64,000 nt of DNA, from sequence record MN047793.1; one strand, 5' to 3'. The position numbers and the translations under genes are program-made. The notes beneath the pieces were generated by a model, which worked only from the letters and a program-made list of their open reading frames with translations, searched no databases and was not told the origin of the DNA. Of this stretch, positions 20,110 through 29,243 are shown piece after piece. Numbering within the stretch: the stretch's first letter is position 1; the number at the start of each line of letters is the position of its first letter.

Positions 20110-20658
20110 TTATCTGAAAAATTCGCTTAACTCTAAGCCGTATTTGATAGAATCTACATCATGCAGTCCAATAAGATATAAACAATATGAGCAACATGAA
20201 CTTCCACGTCCAGTTCCCCATACCACATTATTTCTCTCAAACTCTTCAACTATGTAGATGACCACCGTTAGAATATCAACTAGATCATATTCTTTGTATA
20301 AAGCAAGTTCTTCATCTACTCGCTCCATACGCTCATCGATATCTTCCTGTGAAAAATCATCTGATGATTCTAATTCATTTAGAAGTTTAGATAGTATGTA
20401 TTTCTTAACATCGATAGTCTTATACTTATCTGGAACTATCCATGCCGTATCGTATTCACCAAATTCCGTCTTTTTGCCTAGTTGGTCTTTTGGATTGAGA
20501 CTATTAAACTGTCTAATATCTTTGGATAATTCGGTGATAAAAATAGAACTGTCCAGCGTATTGCCGGACAGTACATAGTCATACAATGCTTCTGGTTCAA
20601 AAGAAGAATCTCCGTCATACCAGAGAATTCTTCCATTGAGTTTTGTTGCATTATTCAT
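20110..20658 (-). CDS. dnaE: DNA polymerase III alpha (DnaE)-like N-terminal half
   Basis: ERVDEELALY...YIVEEFERNNVVWGTGRGSSCCSYCLYLIGLHDVDSIKYGLELSEFFR matches DnaE RL..EL..I...G.GRGS..GSLV.Y.LGIT.VDP.KY.LLFERFL; no PHP domain. Confidence 0.8.
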   Translation of the reverse strand: MNNATKLNGRILWYDGDSSFEPEALYDYVLSGNTLDSSIFITELSKDIRQFNSLNPKDQLGKKTEFGEYDTAWIVPDKYKTIDVKKYILSKLLNELESSDDFSQEDIDERMERVDEELALYKEYDLVDILTVVIYIVEEFERNNVVWGTGRGSSCCSYCLYLIGLHDVDSIKYGLELSEFFR

Positions 20659-21035
20659 TATTCAAATTGACCAGTCGTGATAATCTTTTCTCCAGCAGGA
20701 ACGCCATTGGTGGTCCCTTGGGTACGCTGCGGCTCTGATACTGCGTCTAGTGCGCTCCCTCCAGCATTAAGTACTGGCGGTGGTGCTAGCGGTGGCTGTC
20801 CACCATAGCCCAGCGGAGCTAATACAGGACCACGCATTACTTGCGGTGATGCCCCAGCCTTATTACCATCCTTCAATTTATAGATAATATCTAAAATCAT
20901 GGCCCACTGTTCGGCATTGGGTACCCAATTCTCGCCCTGTAATGAATATGCTCCATGTAACCACATTTTAAATTCATTAATTGTCCACTCAGGCTTTTTA
21001 CTCAGGTGGTTAGTTGTCTTTTTCTTAGTTGCCAT
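20658..21035 (-). CDS. Hypothetical protein
   Basis: 125 aa; TAATG-coupled to the DnaE N-half. Confidence 0.65.
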   Translation of the reverse strand: MATKKKTTNHLSKKPEWTINEFKMWLHGAYSLQGENWVPNAEQWAMILDIIYKLKDGNKAGASPQVMRGPVLAPLGYGGQPPLAPPPVLNAGGSALDAVSEPQRTQGTTNGVPAGEKIITTGQFE

Positions 21036-21047
21036 ATTAGTCTCCTA

Positions 21048-21536
21048 TTAAGGTAAAATGTCACCGACTGTACAGTCACGTAGCATTTTCGTATAGTTAT
21101 CTGTTGGCGAAATACATACCCAATGATGTGGGCCTGCCGTATGGCAGAGCATTACGTTCTTATTCATACTTGGTGTATGGATAGTTCCGTAAGTATTATA
21201 GTCAACGACGTTTACTACATTTTTTGTTACTTTATTATGTTTATGATCAAAAAGGAATGCTGAGAAATCCCCACGGGTTAGTTCCGAGATTTCGATAATA
21301 TCGATCTGGGATGTTTCGGGTGAATAAATCAGAATATTCCAGTCTGCTGGGGCTTCTACCACATAGCCACCTACGTTAAAAGCGATTACCGGTGTGGTAA
21401 TTTCTTCCAACATCACTAGATCGTTTAACATAAAGTCCCGTTCGTTAAGATTGAGGACCCAAAAATGATCTGTTGATAGTGGTGTATCGATACTATCAAT
21501 TAGTATCGGGTAGGATTTTTCATCGGAGATTACCAT
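21048..21536 (-). CDS. Hypothetical protein, possible degenerate Hint (intein-like) fold
   Basis: VGGYVVEAPADWNILI...IEISELTRGDF resembles Hint G..I..T.DH.FL...A.EL..GD; catalytic residues absent. Confidence 0.4.
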   Translation of the reverse strand: MVISDEKSYPILIDSIDTPLSTDHFWVLNLNERDFMLNDLVMLEEITTPVIAFNVGGYVVEAPADWNILIYSPETSQIDIIEISELTRGDFSAFLFDHKHNKVTKNVVNVVDYNTYGTIHTPSMNKNVMLCHTAGPHHWVCISPTDNYTKMLRDCTVGDILP

Positions 21537-21561
21537 TTAATTTTATTCCATGCTGATATCG

Positions 21562-23103
21562 TTAGTATACAACGATATCATCCACATTGTCAAATAAATT
21601 TGCGTAGTCAATGTCCCGACGCTTAAAGTTGTATTTTTGCTCATTATAGAACTTAATACGCTCCTTCATATGCTTTGTACCAAAATTAAGATCACTGCAT
21701 ACATCATACACGTTAACGCTATCCTTATCCTTGGCCTTTCTTAAACCACGACCAATAGACTGGATAATCTGAATGAAGCTCTTGCCTGGATCAATTAAGA
21801 ATAAATTGAAGATTCGTTTAATATTCAAACCTGTTGATGCCAACTGGAATGTAGACACAACTACTACGTCATTGTGATCGGTGAATAATGCATAAATTTT
21901 CTTACGAACTTCAGATTCATCTTGGCCGTATACAAAATATGCATTCTCGATTGAATCTGCTAACTTCTTACCAAAGGGAATACCATTAACCAATACGAAC
22001 GCATTTCCTGATTCTTTTACTGAAGTTTCTACAAGATTAGCAATGAATTCGATTCTCTTCTTATTCTTTTGTAGATACGTCTTTTCTGCTGGATAATCCG
22101 GATAAAATTCTTTCTTAAACTTTTTATATGTCGTCTTGGCAGCTTCTTCAGGTCTCGCATTTTTGAAGTAGTTCCACTCAGGAGTTAAATCTTCTACTAG
22201 ACAATACAACTTCAATCGAAGTGCTGCTAACCATCCTAATTCTATCAACTCACTTGCTGGGACTTCATATACAACTTCACCAAGTACATATGTCACAGAC
22301 ATCGCTTCTGCTGGTTCCTTTGGAAGGGTACCTGTTAATCCGCACCGAATGAGTGAAGTACTTCCATAATTTACGATCATATCCTTAAGAACGTTTGCTG
22401 CTGCACCATGACATTCGTCAACGATGATCACATCAAATGCCGACATTAAGGTAGGGTTGTTTTGTAGAGATTGCCAAGTAGATACTACATTCTTAGCATT
22501 AGGCTCCTTAACATCCCCAAAGTATCTACCAACTTCAATATTAAACTTAGAAATATCTGCTGATGTCTGGTTAATAAGGTCTTTATTAGGTACGATGATA
22601 ATACAACGGAAATTACAGTGCTTGTTGTATACGTCTACAAGGGCGGCGGCGGCGATTGATTTACCAGCGCCAGTACCAGCTAATAGGATTCCGCCTACGT
22701 TGCTGGTAAGAGCATTTACACCATTTACTTGATGGTCGCCTAAAACAATAGGGTTACCCTCATCGTCAGTAAAGTCACTAAAATAGTGCTTATCGATCAG
22801 GGGCACTTCAACATTAGCAGGGCTTCTGTTATCTACAATCTTTATCTTATATCCCATATGCTTCAAGTCTGGGATAATATAACTTAGTAAGTTGATTGAT
22901 GTCTTACCATTCTTATTAAAGAATCTAATCTTGCCATCCCATCTTCCTGTCTTGTATTGAGGTTTAAAAATGTATCCTTTGGTAAAGAATCCAAGGGCAT
23001 TATAAAAATGTTCATAATGCTGGCGCTCTAATCCAACGACTACAACGTTTAACTCATCCAAGATTTTAATGGTAGCGACTTGCTTAGGTTCTGATGACGA
23101 CAT
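21562..23103 (-). CDS. uvsW: UvsW-like SF2 DNA helicase
   Basis: AGTGAGKS, IVDECHG, GLTGT, ASTGLNI, QSIGRGLR; follows uvsY. Confidence 0.9.
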   Translation of the reverse strand: MSSSEPKQVATIKILDELNVVVVGLERQHYEHFYNALGFFTKGYIFKPQYKTGRWDGKIRFFNKNGKTSINLLSYIIPDLKHMGYKIKIVDNRSPANVEVPLIDKHYFSDFTDDEGNPIVLGDHQVNGVNALTSNVGGILLAGTGAGKSIAAAALVDVYNKHCNFRCIIIVPNKDLINQTSADISKFNIEVGRYFGDVKEPNAKNVVSTWQSLQNNPTLMSAFDVIIVDECHGAAANVLKDMIVNYGSTSLIRCGLTGTLPKEPAEAMSVTYVLGEVVYEVPASELIELGWLAALRLKLYCLVEDLTPEWNYFKNARPEEAAKTTYKKFKKEFYPDYPAEKTYLQKNKKRIEFIANLVETSVKESGNAFVLVNGIPFGKKLADSIENAYFVYGQDESEVRKKIYALFTDHNDVVVVSTFQLASTGLNIKRIFNLFLIDPGKSFIQIIQSIGRGLRKAKDKDSVNVYDVCSDLNFGTKHMKERIKFYNEQKYNFKRRDIDYANLFDNVDDIVVY

Positions 23104-23548
23104 GCTCTAACTCTTTCTCTCTGATCTTTACTATATTATTTAATACATAAGACCGTTGTTTGAATGCTTCAACCACACTTCTGGCTTTGTCATACAACTC
23201 TTGGACAATTAATAATACTTCGTGTACTTCCAAATAGTCAGGATTAGCATCAATCACTTTCATTATGCTACTATCCGTATATTCCCTTTTATATGTATCC
23301 TTAGCATGTTTAAATAGTTCGCCACGTACTTGATTCTCTAACATCTCCACGAACTCTAAACTGTATTTCAGTTCTACTGCGATTTCGTCATAGTAGGCGA
23401 ACCATGATGCGTGCTCGACGCAACATAGCTCAAGATTTTTACCATCAATTACTAGTTTTTCTTCCCAGCCAGCAAGCTGCTTTCTGGCATCATCGAGATT
23501 ATCGGCCACTTTGACCAATTTATCTCTCCATGGTTTTGACTTACTCAA
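23084..23548 (-). CDS. uvsY: UvsY-like recombination mediator
   Basis: Size, helical pattern, VVEAFKQRSYVLNNIVKIR; position between uvsX and uvsW. Confidence 0.7.
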   Translation of the reverse strand: MSKSKPWRDKLVKVADNLDDARKQLAGWEEKLVIDGKNLELCCVEHASWFAYYDEIAVELKYSLEFVEMLENQVRGELFKHAKDTYKREYTDSSIMKVIDANPDYLEVHEVLLIVQELYDKARSVVEAFKQRSYVLNNIVKIREKELEHVVIRT

Positions 23549-24141
23549 TGTACTTTACCTAGGTCCGCTTTCTCATACATCATGAGTTTTTGAATTTGGG
23601 CGTCAGTGAGACTTTCTGCTGGAAAGCCTAATACTTCTACGGGTTTCGTTACTGAATCTGTAATGACAACCTTAGAAGGATCATTCAATAAAAGTTCTTC
23701 GTACTGTTCCGCTGCCTTATCTAAAACCTTAGATAGGTTTTCTGGGGTCATACTTAGAGCACTTCCAATTTTACTGATACGCTCCACGTGATCAATTAAC
23801 TCATCTACCGTTGCCATCTCCAACATAATTATTGGAAACGCAAACTTAACGAACTTATTATATTGATTTACATTACTTTCGTCAACCACTGTGCTAACAT
23901 CATTAATTATAACAGTTTCACCAATCTCTAGTGCCATATTACCTGACACTAATACTGCCTTATCTGTACCGTCAATACTTTCAATGCTATGCCATACAAT
24001 ACGACGGTTAGGAGCATTAAAAAGTTTTTGGAATGCGGGCGTTAGCCGATCTTCCGCTAACTTTAAAATATCGGTAGTATTGGTGTTATAGATTGCAGTA
24101 CGTTCTTCAAGTAGTTTGAAAATTTTACCAAGATGGCTCAT
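23545..24141 (-). CDS. Hypothetical protein
   Basis: 198-aa ORF with AGGA SD, coupled to uvsY. Confidence 0.65.
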   Translation of the reverse strand: MSHLGKIFKLLEERTAIYNTNTTDILKLAEDRLTPAFQKLFNAPNRRIVWHSIESIDGTDKAVLVSGNMALEIGETVIINDVSTVVDESNVNQYNKFVKFAFPIIMLEMATVDELIDHVERISKIGSALSMTPENLSKVLDKAAEQYEELLLNDPSKVVITDSVTKPVEVLGFPAESLTDAQIQKLMMYEKADLGKVH

Positions 24142-24157
24142 ATATGGTCCTGAGTGA

Positions 24158-24183
24158 AAGAGGCTTAGTTTCCTAAGCCTCTT
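24158..24183 (-). terminator. Hairpin with GAAA loop downstream of uvsX
   Basis: AAGAGGCTTAG-GAAA-CTAAGCCTCTT on the minus strand; short U-tract. Confidence 0.6.
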
Positions 24184-24200
24184 CTGTTTACTTATTAAAC

Positions 24201-25304
24201 TTAATCTTCTTGTGCAGCTTCCATCAATTTACGCTTGCGGGCATCTGCCGGAGATTCGACGGCTTCAACGATTTCTCCCTCAGTAGTATCTTCAATATCC
24301 TTATCTTCCTGAGCAATCATTGCTTCTAGAATTTCATCTTTGTATTCGTCAAAATTCTTACTCTGGAACTTTTTATCACCAAAAGTATACCATGCACCGT
24401 TCTGTTCAACGATACCCAAGCTAGCGGCTACCTGAAGAAGACCAAAGTATGGGTCCATACCAGTGGAATATGGGACTTCGATGGATGCTGACTGGAACGG
24501 CTTAGTGAAACGTGTTTTAAATCCATATGCCTTTAGACGAATACCCGCATATTGAGTATCGCTACGGCCAGGAATCTTCTTAGCATCTTCATCCTTAAGC
24601 ATGAACTTTGTTACTAGCAGAATTTGAGAGAATGCGTATTTTGCAGACTCCGTAAATTTCCACGCAGTTTGTGGATTCTTCTGTAGCATTGGGTCCTGTT
24701 CTTGGAATACCTGCTTAGTACATACGATAGAGATATTCAGACTCTTAATATCATGCACCCAATCTGCCAACATCGCCTTTACCTGCTTAGCGTGCTGTCC
24801 CTGATCACCCTTAACATCACCCTTTTCATAGTTAGCCGCCTGACTATCAGTGCGAAGCATATCCACTGAATCTAAGATGATTAGGAATGGTTGTGTTTCA
24901 CCATGCTTACGGTACGACTTAAGGAATGACATAACCTGTACAGTAGCCTGTGGGATGGTTGAAATACCACGATATACATAATCGTCGCGTGTAGTATCCA
25001 CACCTAATGCTTCCATAAAGTCTTCATCAAGAGCATTTTCCGAGTCTAATACGAATAGACCGCATCCTTGCTTCTGCGCTTCACGTGCAATATTACCAAT
25101 AATAAAACTCTTACCTGCGGAAGATGGTCCGGTTACAGCGGCCAACCGTCCCTGTCCGATGCCGCCACGATACATACCTGAGATAATTTTGTTGAGTAGG
25201 AAGTTACCTACACTAATCCAATAACGCGGACGCTCAGACCTGATCGAAATTCCGCCTTCTTCTAATTTCTTTTCGTCTTTTCTTACTTCTTTTAAAAATG
25301 ACAT
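24201..25304 (-). CDS. uvsX: UvsX/RecA-family recombinase
   Basis: GPSSAGKS Walker A, LDSENALD, IILDSV, KTRFTKPF; start set to ATG 25304 after GAAGGA. Confidence 0.92.
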   Translation of the reverse strand: MSFLKEVRKDEKKLEEGGISIRSERPRYWISVGNFLLNKIISGMYRGGIGQGRLAAVTGPSSAGKSFIIGNIAREAQKQGCGLFVLDSENALDEDFMEALGVDTTRDDYVYRGISTIPQATVQVMSFLKSYRKHGETQPFLIILDSVDMLRTDSQAANYEKGDVKGDQGQHAKQVKAMLADWVHDIKSLNISIVCTKQVFQEQDPMLQKNPQTAWKFTESAKYAFSQILLVTKFMLKDEDAKKIPGRSDTQYAGIRLKAYGFKTRFTKPFQSASIEVPYSTGMDPYFGLLQVAASLGIVEQNGAWYTFGDKKFQSKNFDEYKDEILEAMIAQEDKDIEDTTEGEIVEAVESPADARKRKLMEAAQED

Positions 25305-25324
25305 ACTATTTCCTTCTAACATTT

Positions 25325-25356
25325 AAGTTAAAGGGGCATTTCTGCCCCCTTAACTT
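25325..25356 (-). terminator. Hairpin with GAAA loop downstream of gp32
   Basis: AAGTTAAGGGGGCA-GAAA-TGCCCCTTTAACTT on the minus strand. Confidence 0.6.
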
Positions 25357-25375
25357 GGTATTACATGAGGCTGGA

Positions 25376-26365
25376 TTACTTCTTAGCTGCTGCGGCCTTA
25401 GCCTTGCGGGCACGTAGGCGAGCAATGATGTCATCACCATCATCGTCCTCACTAGTAGATTCGGCTTCGGCTTCAACTTCCTCTTCCTTCTCTTCATTCA
25501 CAGCAGAAGTCTTGGAAGAACGAGTCTCTTTTTCAGAATCCGGTGCCTTATCTTCCTTCACAGGAGTTGGCTTAGCTTCGCTCTTCTTAGGTTCAGCCTT
25601 TTCGGACTTCTTACTTTGAGCCGGTGTGGAGTCATCTTCGTAATCTTCACCAGTTAGATGAGCACTTAGCATGTTCTCAACTTTCTCAAAACCGAAATCC
25701 GCAGGTAGAAGAGTTTTTAGGTCAATCAGTTCTACGCTATCACGTAGCTCTGCATCAACTGCTGATGGACGACGTGCGAAGCCTGAGCCTACTGCGTAGG
25801 TACCATATTCGCCCTGTGGAGTCTTCTTGATGATAAAATCGTAGCCTTCATCTAGATCGGTGAAATCGCCAAGGTCATCATTGGAAATTTGTTCCTTGAT
25901 CTTTTCCATCAACTGGTAACCAAACTGGGTGTTTAGAACCTTACCTTCGTAAGTTTCACCCTTATCATTTGGTTCTAGCGGGTCTTCTACTACGAGTACA
26001 CGGACAAGACTGGTCTTGTTACGGTAGAAATACTTACCGTCCTTAGAAGTCTTACCTTCTTCCTTGTAATACTTACGGGATAGATTACAGATTGGGCATT
26101 CTTCGCCATACATAGCACGGCATGGGATACGCTTATCCTCACCATTAATACCAATCTTATGTTCTAGTTTGTCAATGAAGAAGATATAATCGTTGTCTTC
26201 ATTTTTGTCTGGTAGAATACGAACTCGGGCACTTTCACCGACCTTCATCTGCCAGAATGGGTAAATTTCGCTGTTGCCGAAATTACCGCCACCACTTTCT
26301 TTCTTTTCTTTTTCTTTGTTTAGCTTAGCTTTCAACTGTTCAATACGTGATAATTTAGTAGTCAT
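25376..26365 (-). CDS. gp32: Single-stranded DNA-binding protein (gp32-like)
   Basis: VRILP, CRAMYGEECPIC zinc site, GYDFIIK, acidic C-terminal region. Confidence 0.85.
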   Translation of the reverse strand: MTTKLSRIEQLKAKLNKEKEKKESGGGNFGNSEIYPFWQMKVGESARVRILPDKNEDNDYIFFIDKLEHKIGINGEDKRIPCRAMYGEECPICNLSRKYYKEEGKTSKDGKYFYRNKTSLVRVLVVEDPLEPNDKGETYEGKVLNTQFGYQLMEKIKEQISNDDLGDFTDLDEGYDFIIKKTPQGEYGTYAVGSGFARRPSAVDAELRDSVELIDLKTLLPADFGFEKVENMLSAHLTGEDYEDDSTPAQSKKSEKAEPKKSEAKPTPVKEDKAPDSEKETRSSKTSAVNEEKEEEVEAEAESTSEDDDGDDIIARLRARKAKAAAAKK

Positions 26366-26505
26366 TATAGTGTCCTCTGATATGTTCTATTAACTTTCTA
26401 ACGTTCTCGTACCAAAATTTCTGGTACAAAACTATTTAGTGCAAAACCGATGTTGTGTCACCGGTATGGAACATATCATACTTACTTAACTATAATTAGC
26501 AACAC

Positions 26506-27045
26506 TTATCTGATTATTTTTTCTTGGCGAAGATAATTGGTCAACTTGATTATATGTTTGCAGAGGCCTGAGACCTTCTGTGGGTTGACTGGAGGGTAAG
26601 TGTCTGTCTTGCGACGGTATGGCTCTGGAGCATCGCCTGTAAGCGCTCCGTCACGCTGGTCCCATACAGAGAAACGGAAGTAAAAGTCAAGACATGTGCA
26701 TCGAACTTTTACATTGGATTTGTAGGGACGTATTGGGTCAATGAAGTATGTTGAGCCATCGGTTGCTTGAATTTGTTGGCGTCCATGTCCACCTTCAGTA
26801 AAGTACTGAACTCCCGAGAAGACGATAATAGTTTCATAAAACTTGTCTTTCGATTTAGTTCTTGACTTTGCTGTTAAAGTTTTTTCCTGAAGAGAAGGTA
26901 ATAGATTTACCTCATGAACCTGTACCTTATTAGCATTCTGTTCACGTGGCGAGTCCTTGATGGTCGCACCACGTTTAGTCTGAGCAATAAGTTGGTTATA
27001 TGTTAGCTCAAGAAGCAGCTGGTGATCATTTCCGCAAGAGCACAT
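26506..27045 (-). CDS. Hypothetical protein with SWIM-type zinc finger
   Basis: VRCTCLDF...GLCKHI (CxC...CxH). Confidence 0.65.
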   Translation of the reverse strand: MCSCGNDHQLLLELTYNQLIAQTKRGATIKDSPREQNANKVQVHEVNLLPSLQEKTLTAKSRTKSKDKFYETIIVFSGVQYFTEGGHGRQQIQATDGSTYFIDPIRPYKSNVKVRCTCLDFYFRFSVWDQRDGALTGDAPEPYRRKTDTYPPVNPQKVSGLCKHIIKLTNYLRQEKIIR

Positions 27046-27545
27046 CAATACTCATCCGATGTGCTGAAACGAGAAAGCGGAGATGCGTCTGACCCACGAT
27101 CTAGTGATACCGAACCAGCTACAATTTTGTCAATATATTGGCTTAAGTATCCAGCTACTAACCTTTTCAAAAATTGTTCTTTTTCTGAATCCTGAATCTT
27201 ATCAGGTAGGTTGTTATCATTAAGGACATTAATCTTAATACTAGCACCATTTAATCCATGGCCGTCTAGTAGCTTATCTGTACTTACGGGTGCTGATGGG
27301 AAGACTTGTACTTGGTATACTCCATTCTCTCCACGCTCGATGCGTAGTGCAATTTCAGTTACTCGCTCTTCCGACTCAAACCCATCATCGTGGCGAACTT
27401 CCATAATAACGTAACTACCTTTAACGATGAAGTCACCAATACGAACAGCCGGTACGCTGGTTTGTACCTTTTTCTGTTCTTCGGTCAATGACTGAACCAC
27501 AGATTCGGTTACTACTTTATTCACTAACTTTTTAAGAAATTCCAT
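27045..27545 (-). CDS. Hypothetical late protein
   Basis: 166 aa; GATAAATA at 27566..27573. Confidence 0.6.
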   Translation of the reverse strand: MEFLKKLVNKVVTESVVQSLTEEQKKVQTSVPAVRIGDFIVKGSYVIMEVRHDDGFESEERVTEIALRIERGENGVYQVQVFPSAPVSTDKLLDGHGLNGASIKINVLNDNNLPDKIQDSEKEQFLKRLVAGYLSQYIDKIVAGSVSLDRGSDASPLSRFSTSDEY

Positions 27546-27571
27546 ATATCACCTAATTATCAAGATATTTA

Positions 27572-29224
27572 TCAGGTCAAGATAAATGGCATTACAGTTT
27601 CGTCATCATCGTATTCTTCGGTGATACCTTCACGGTCATCATCACTGTATTCCCACTTACCTTCCATCTCAATTTCTGCTCCTACACTGTACATCTTAAC
27701 ATATGCACGGTCATCGTAGCTAGCCAGTTCTTCTAGAATATGGAATATAATCAAACATGCAGCAATACAGTCGTCCGTAGCTCCTGGGTTAGCAGCATAG
27801 GAGCCTTCACGTCTGACGTAGTTCTTCATCTCATGGAACAACATGTCAGAGTTTACAGTTACTAATCCTCGTTCAAATAGTTCTTTGAATTTTAATGCGG
27901 CTTTAATTTTTTTACCCTGGTTGGTGTTGATACCAATACGCTTAGCGCCAGAATCGGAAACCATCGTAGCATACATTGGTGGGTTTTCATCGTTCTCATA
28001 TAGAGACAACATACCCTGACCAACACCATTATTTTCAATGGAGAAATATACCTCTTTGGTGAATATTTCCAAGAATTTAATGATGTTCTTAAATTGGGTG
28101 TACATCACTGGTGATGACATACTATTACTTCTATATTCCATTACTTGAATAAGTGATGGGAATTCGAATACCTGAATAACTGAATAGTCATCACCGGAAC
28201 CGGTGGCCGGGTCAACACCTACAATATAGGTGGCACTCTTATCAAGTTTCTTAAAGAATTTATGTCCAGACACTCGATAAGGATATGATGGCACATACTC
28301 TGGATGATCTTTATTCGGATCGAGGGCCAAAATGTTTTCGATACGTCTCTTTAGTACTTCTTCGGCTTGAGTGATGTAATATGAATCAAATAGTGTTCTA
28401 TCTGACGATAAGAAGCGACATTCAAATTCCTGTTCCCATTTACGTTCGCCAAGCTTACTAATCATAGCATGCTTGAACTTGGCATCACGCCCTGGCGGCT
28501 GATCCCACTTTACCCATAATGGGATAAAGTCGTCTTCTACTCTTTCTTCTGGAATTCTCGCAACTGATGCGAACCACGTTCTAGCGAATAGATTACTATC
28601 TCCGTTAGGAGTGGAGGTAATAATCATTGAACCACCCGTTGAAATGGTTGGTAGAATAGAATCCCAGAATTCTTCCTGTACGTGTGGCTTAACGAACGCC
28701 AACTCGTCACAGTAAATTAATGAGATTGATAGACCACGACCAGAATCTTTAGATGTTGTGGTTGATACGATACGAGACTTGTTGTCAAATGAACATGTAT
28801 GCTTGTTCCAGTTATCGTCATCGATACCCGGCTTCAACCAATTTGGTAACTCTTCATAAGCAAATCGAATCTTAGAAATAAGCTCCATCGCATTTGATGA
28901 TTTGTTTGAAGCAATAAGAACCGTCTTTTCAGGCTGAAATATAGCATACCATAAAAGAAATGCACATGATGTTTCTGTTTTACCTGTCTGTCGTGCAGAG
29001 AGAATAATATTGAATCGATTTTCCATATACATCTTTACCAGTTCTTCCTGATAATCGTATAAGGCAAAGCTGATTTTACCACGTTTAGGATGCTTAATCT
29101 TTACGTAGTTTCTGATAAAATAAATTGGATCACGTTCACATCGATCCAATTCAATAATCTGCTCGTGGGTATATGCTACTTGTTGGTGGGCTTTCTTAAG
29201 CCCCGGATTACTACGACCGGCCAT
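27572..29224 (-). CDS. gp17: Terminase large subunit
   Basis: SARQTGKT Walker A, IYCDELAF Walker B, ITSTPNG, nuclease GVDPATG, IENN, DDCIAA. Confidence 0.95.
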   Translation of the reverse strand: MAGRSNPGLKKAHQQVAYTHEQIIELDRCERDPIYFIRNYVKIKHPKRGKISFALYDYQEELVKMYMENRFNIILSARQTGKTETSCAFLLWYAIFQPEKTVLIASNKSSNAMELISKIRFAYEELPNWLKPGIDDDNWNKHTCSFDNKSRIVSTTTSKDSGRGLSISLIYCDELAFVKPHVQEEFWDSILPTISTGGSMIITSTPNGDSNLFARTWFASVARIPEERVEDDFIPLWVKWDQPPGRDAKFKHAMISKLGERKWEQEFECRFLSSDRTLFDSYYITQAEEVLKRRIENILALDPNKDHPEYVPSYPYRVSGHKFFKKLDKSATYIVGVDPATGSGDDYSVIQVFEFPSLIQVMEYRSNSMSSPVMYTQFKNIIKFLEIFTKEVYFSIENNGVGQGMLSLYENDENPPMYATMVSDSGAKRIGINTNQGKKIKAALKFKELFERGLVTVNSDMLFHEMKNYVRREGSYAANPGATDDCIAACLIIFHILEELASYDDRAYVKMYSVGAEIEMEGKWEYSDDDREGITEEYDDDETVMPFILT

Positions 29225-29243
29225 TAGTTATTCTCTATAACAG

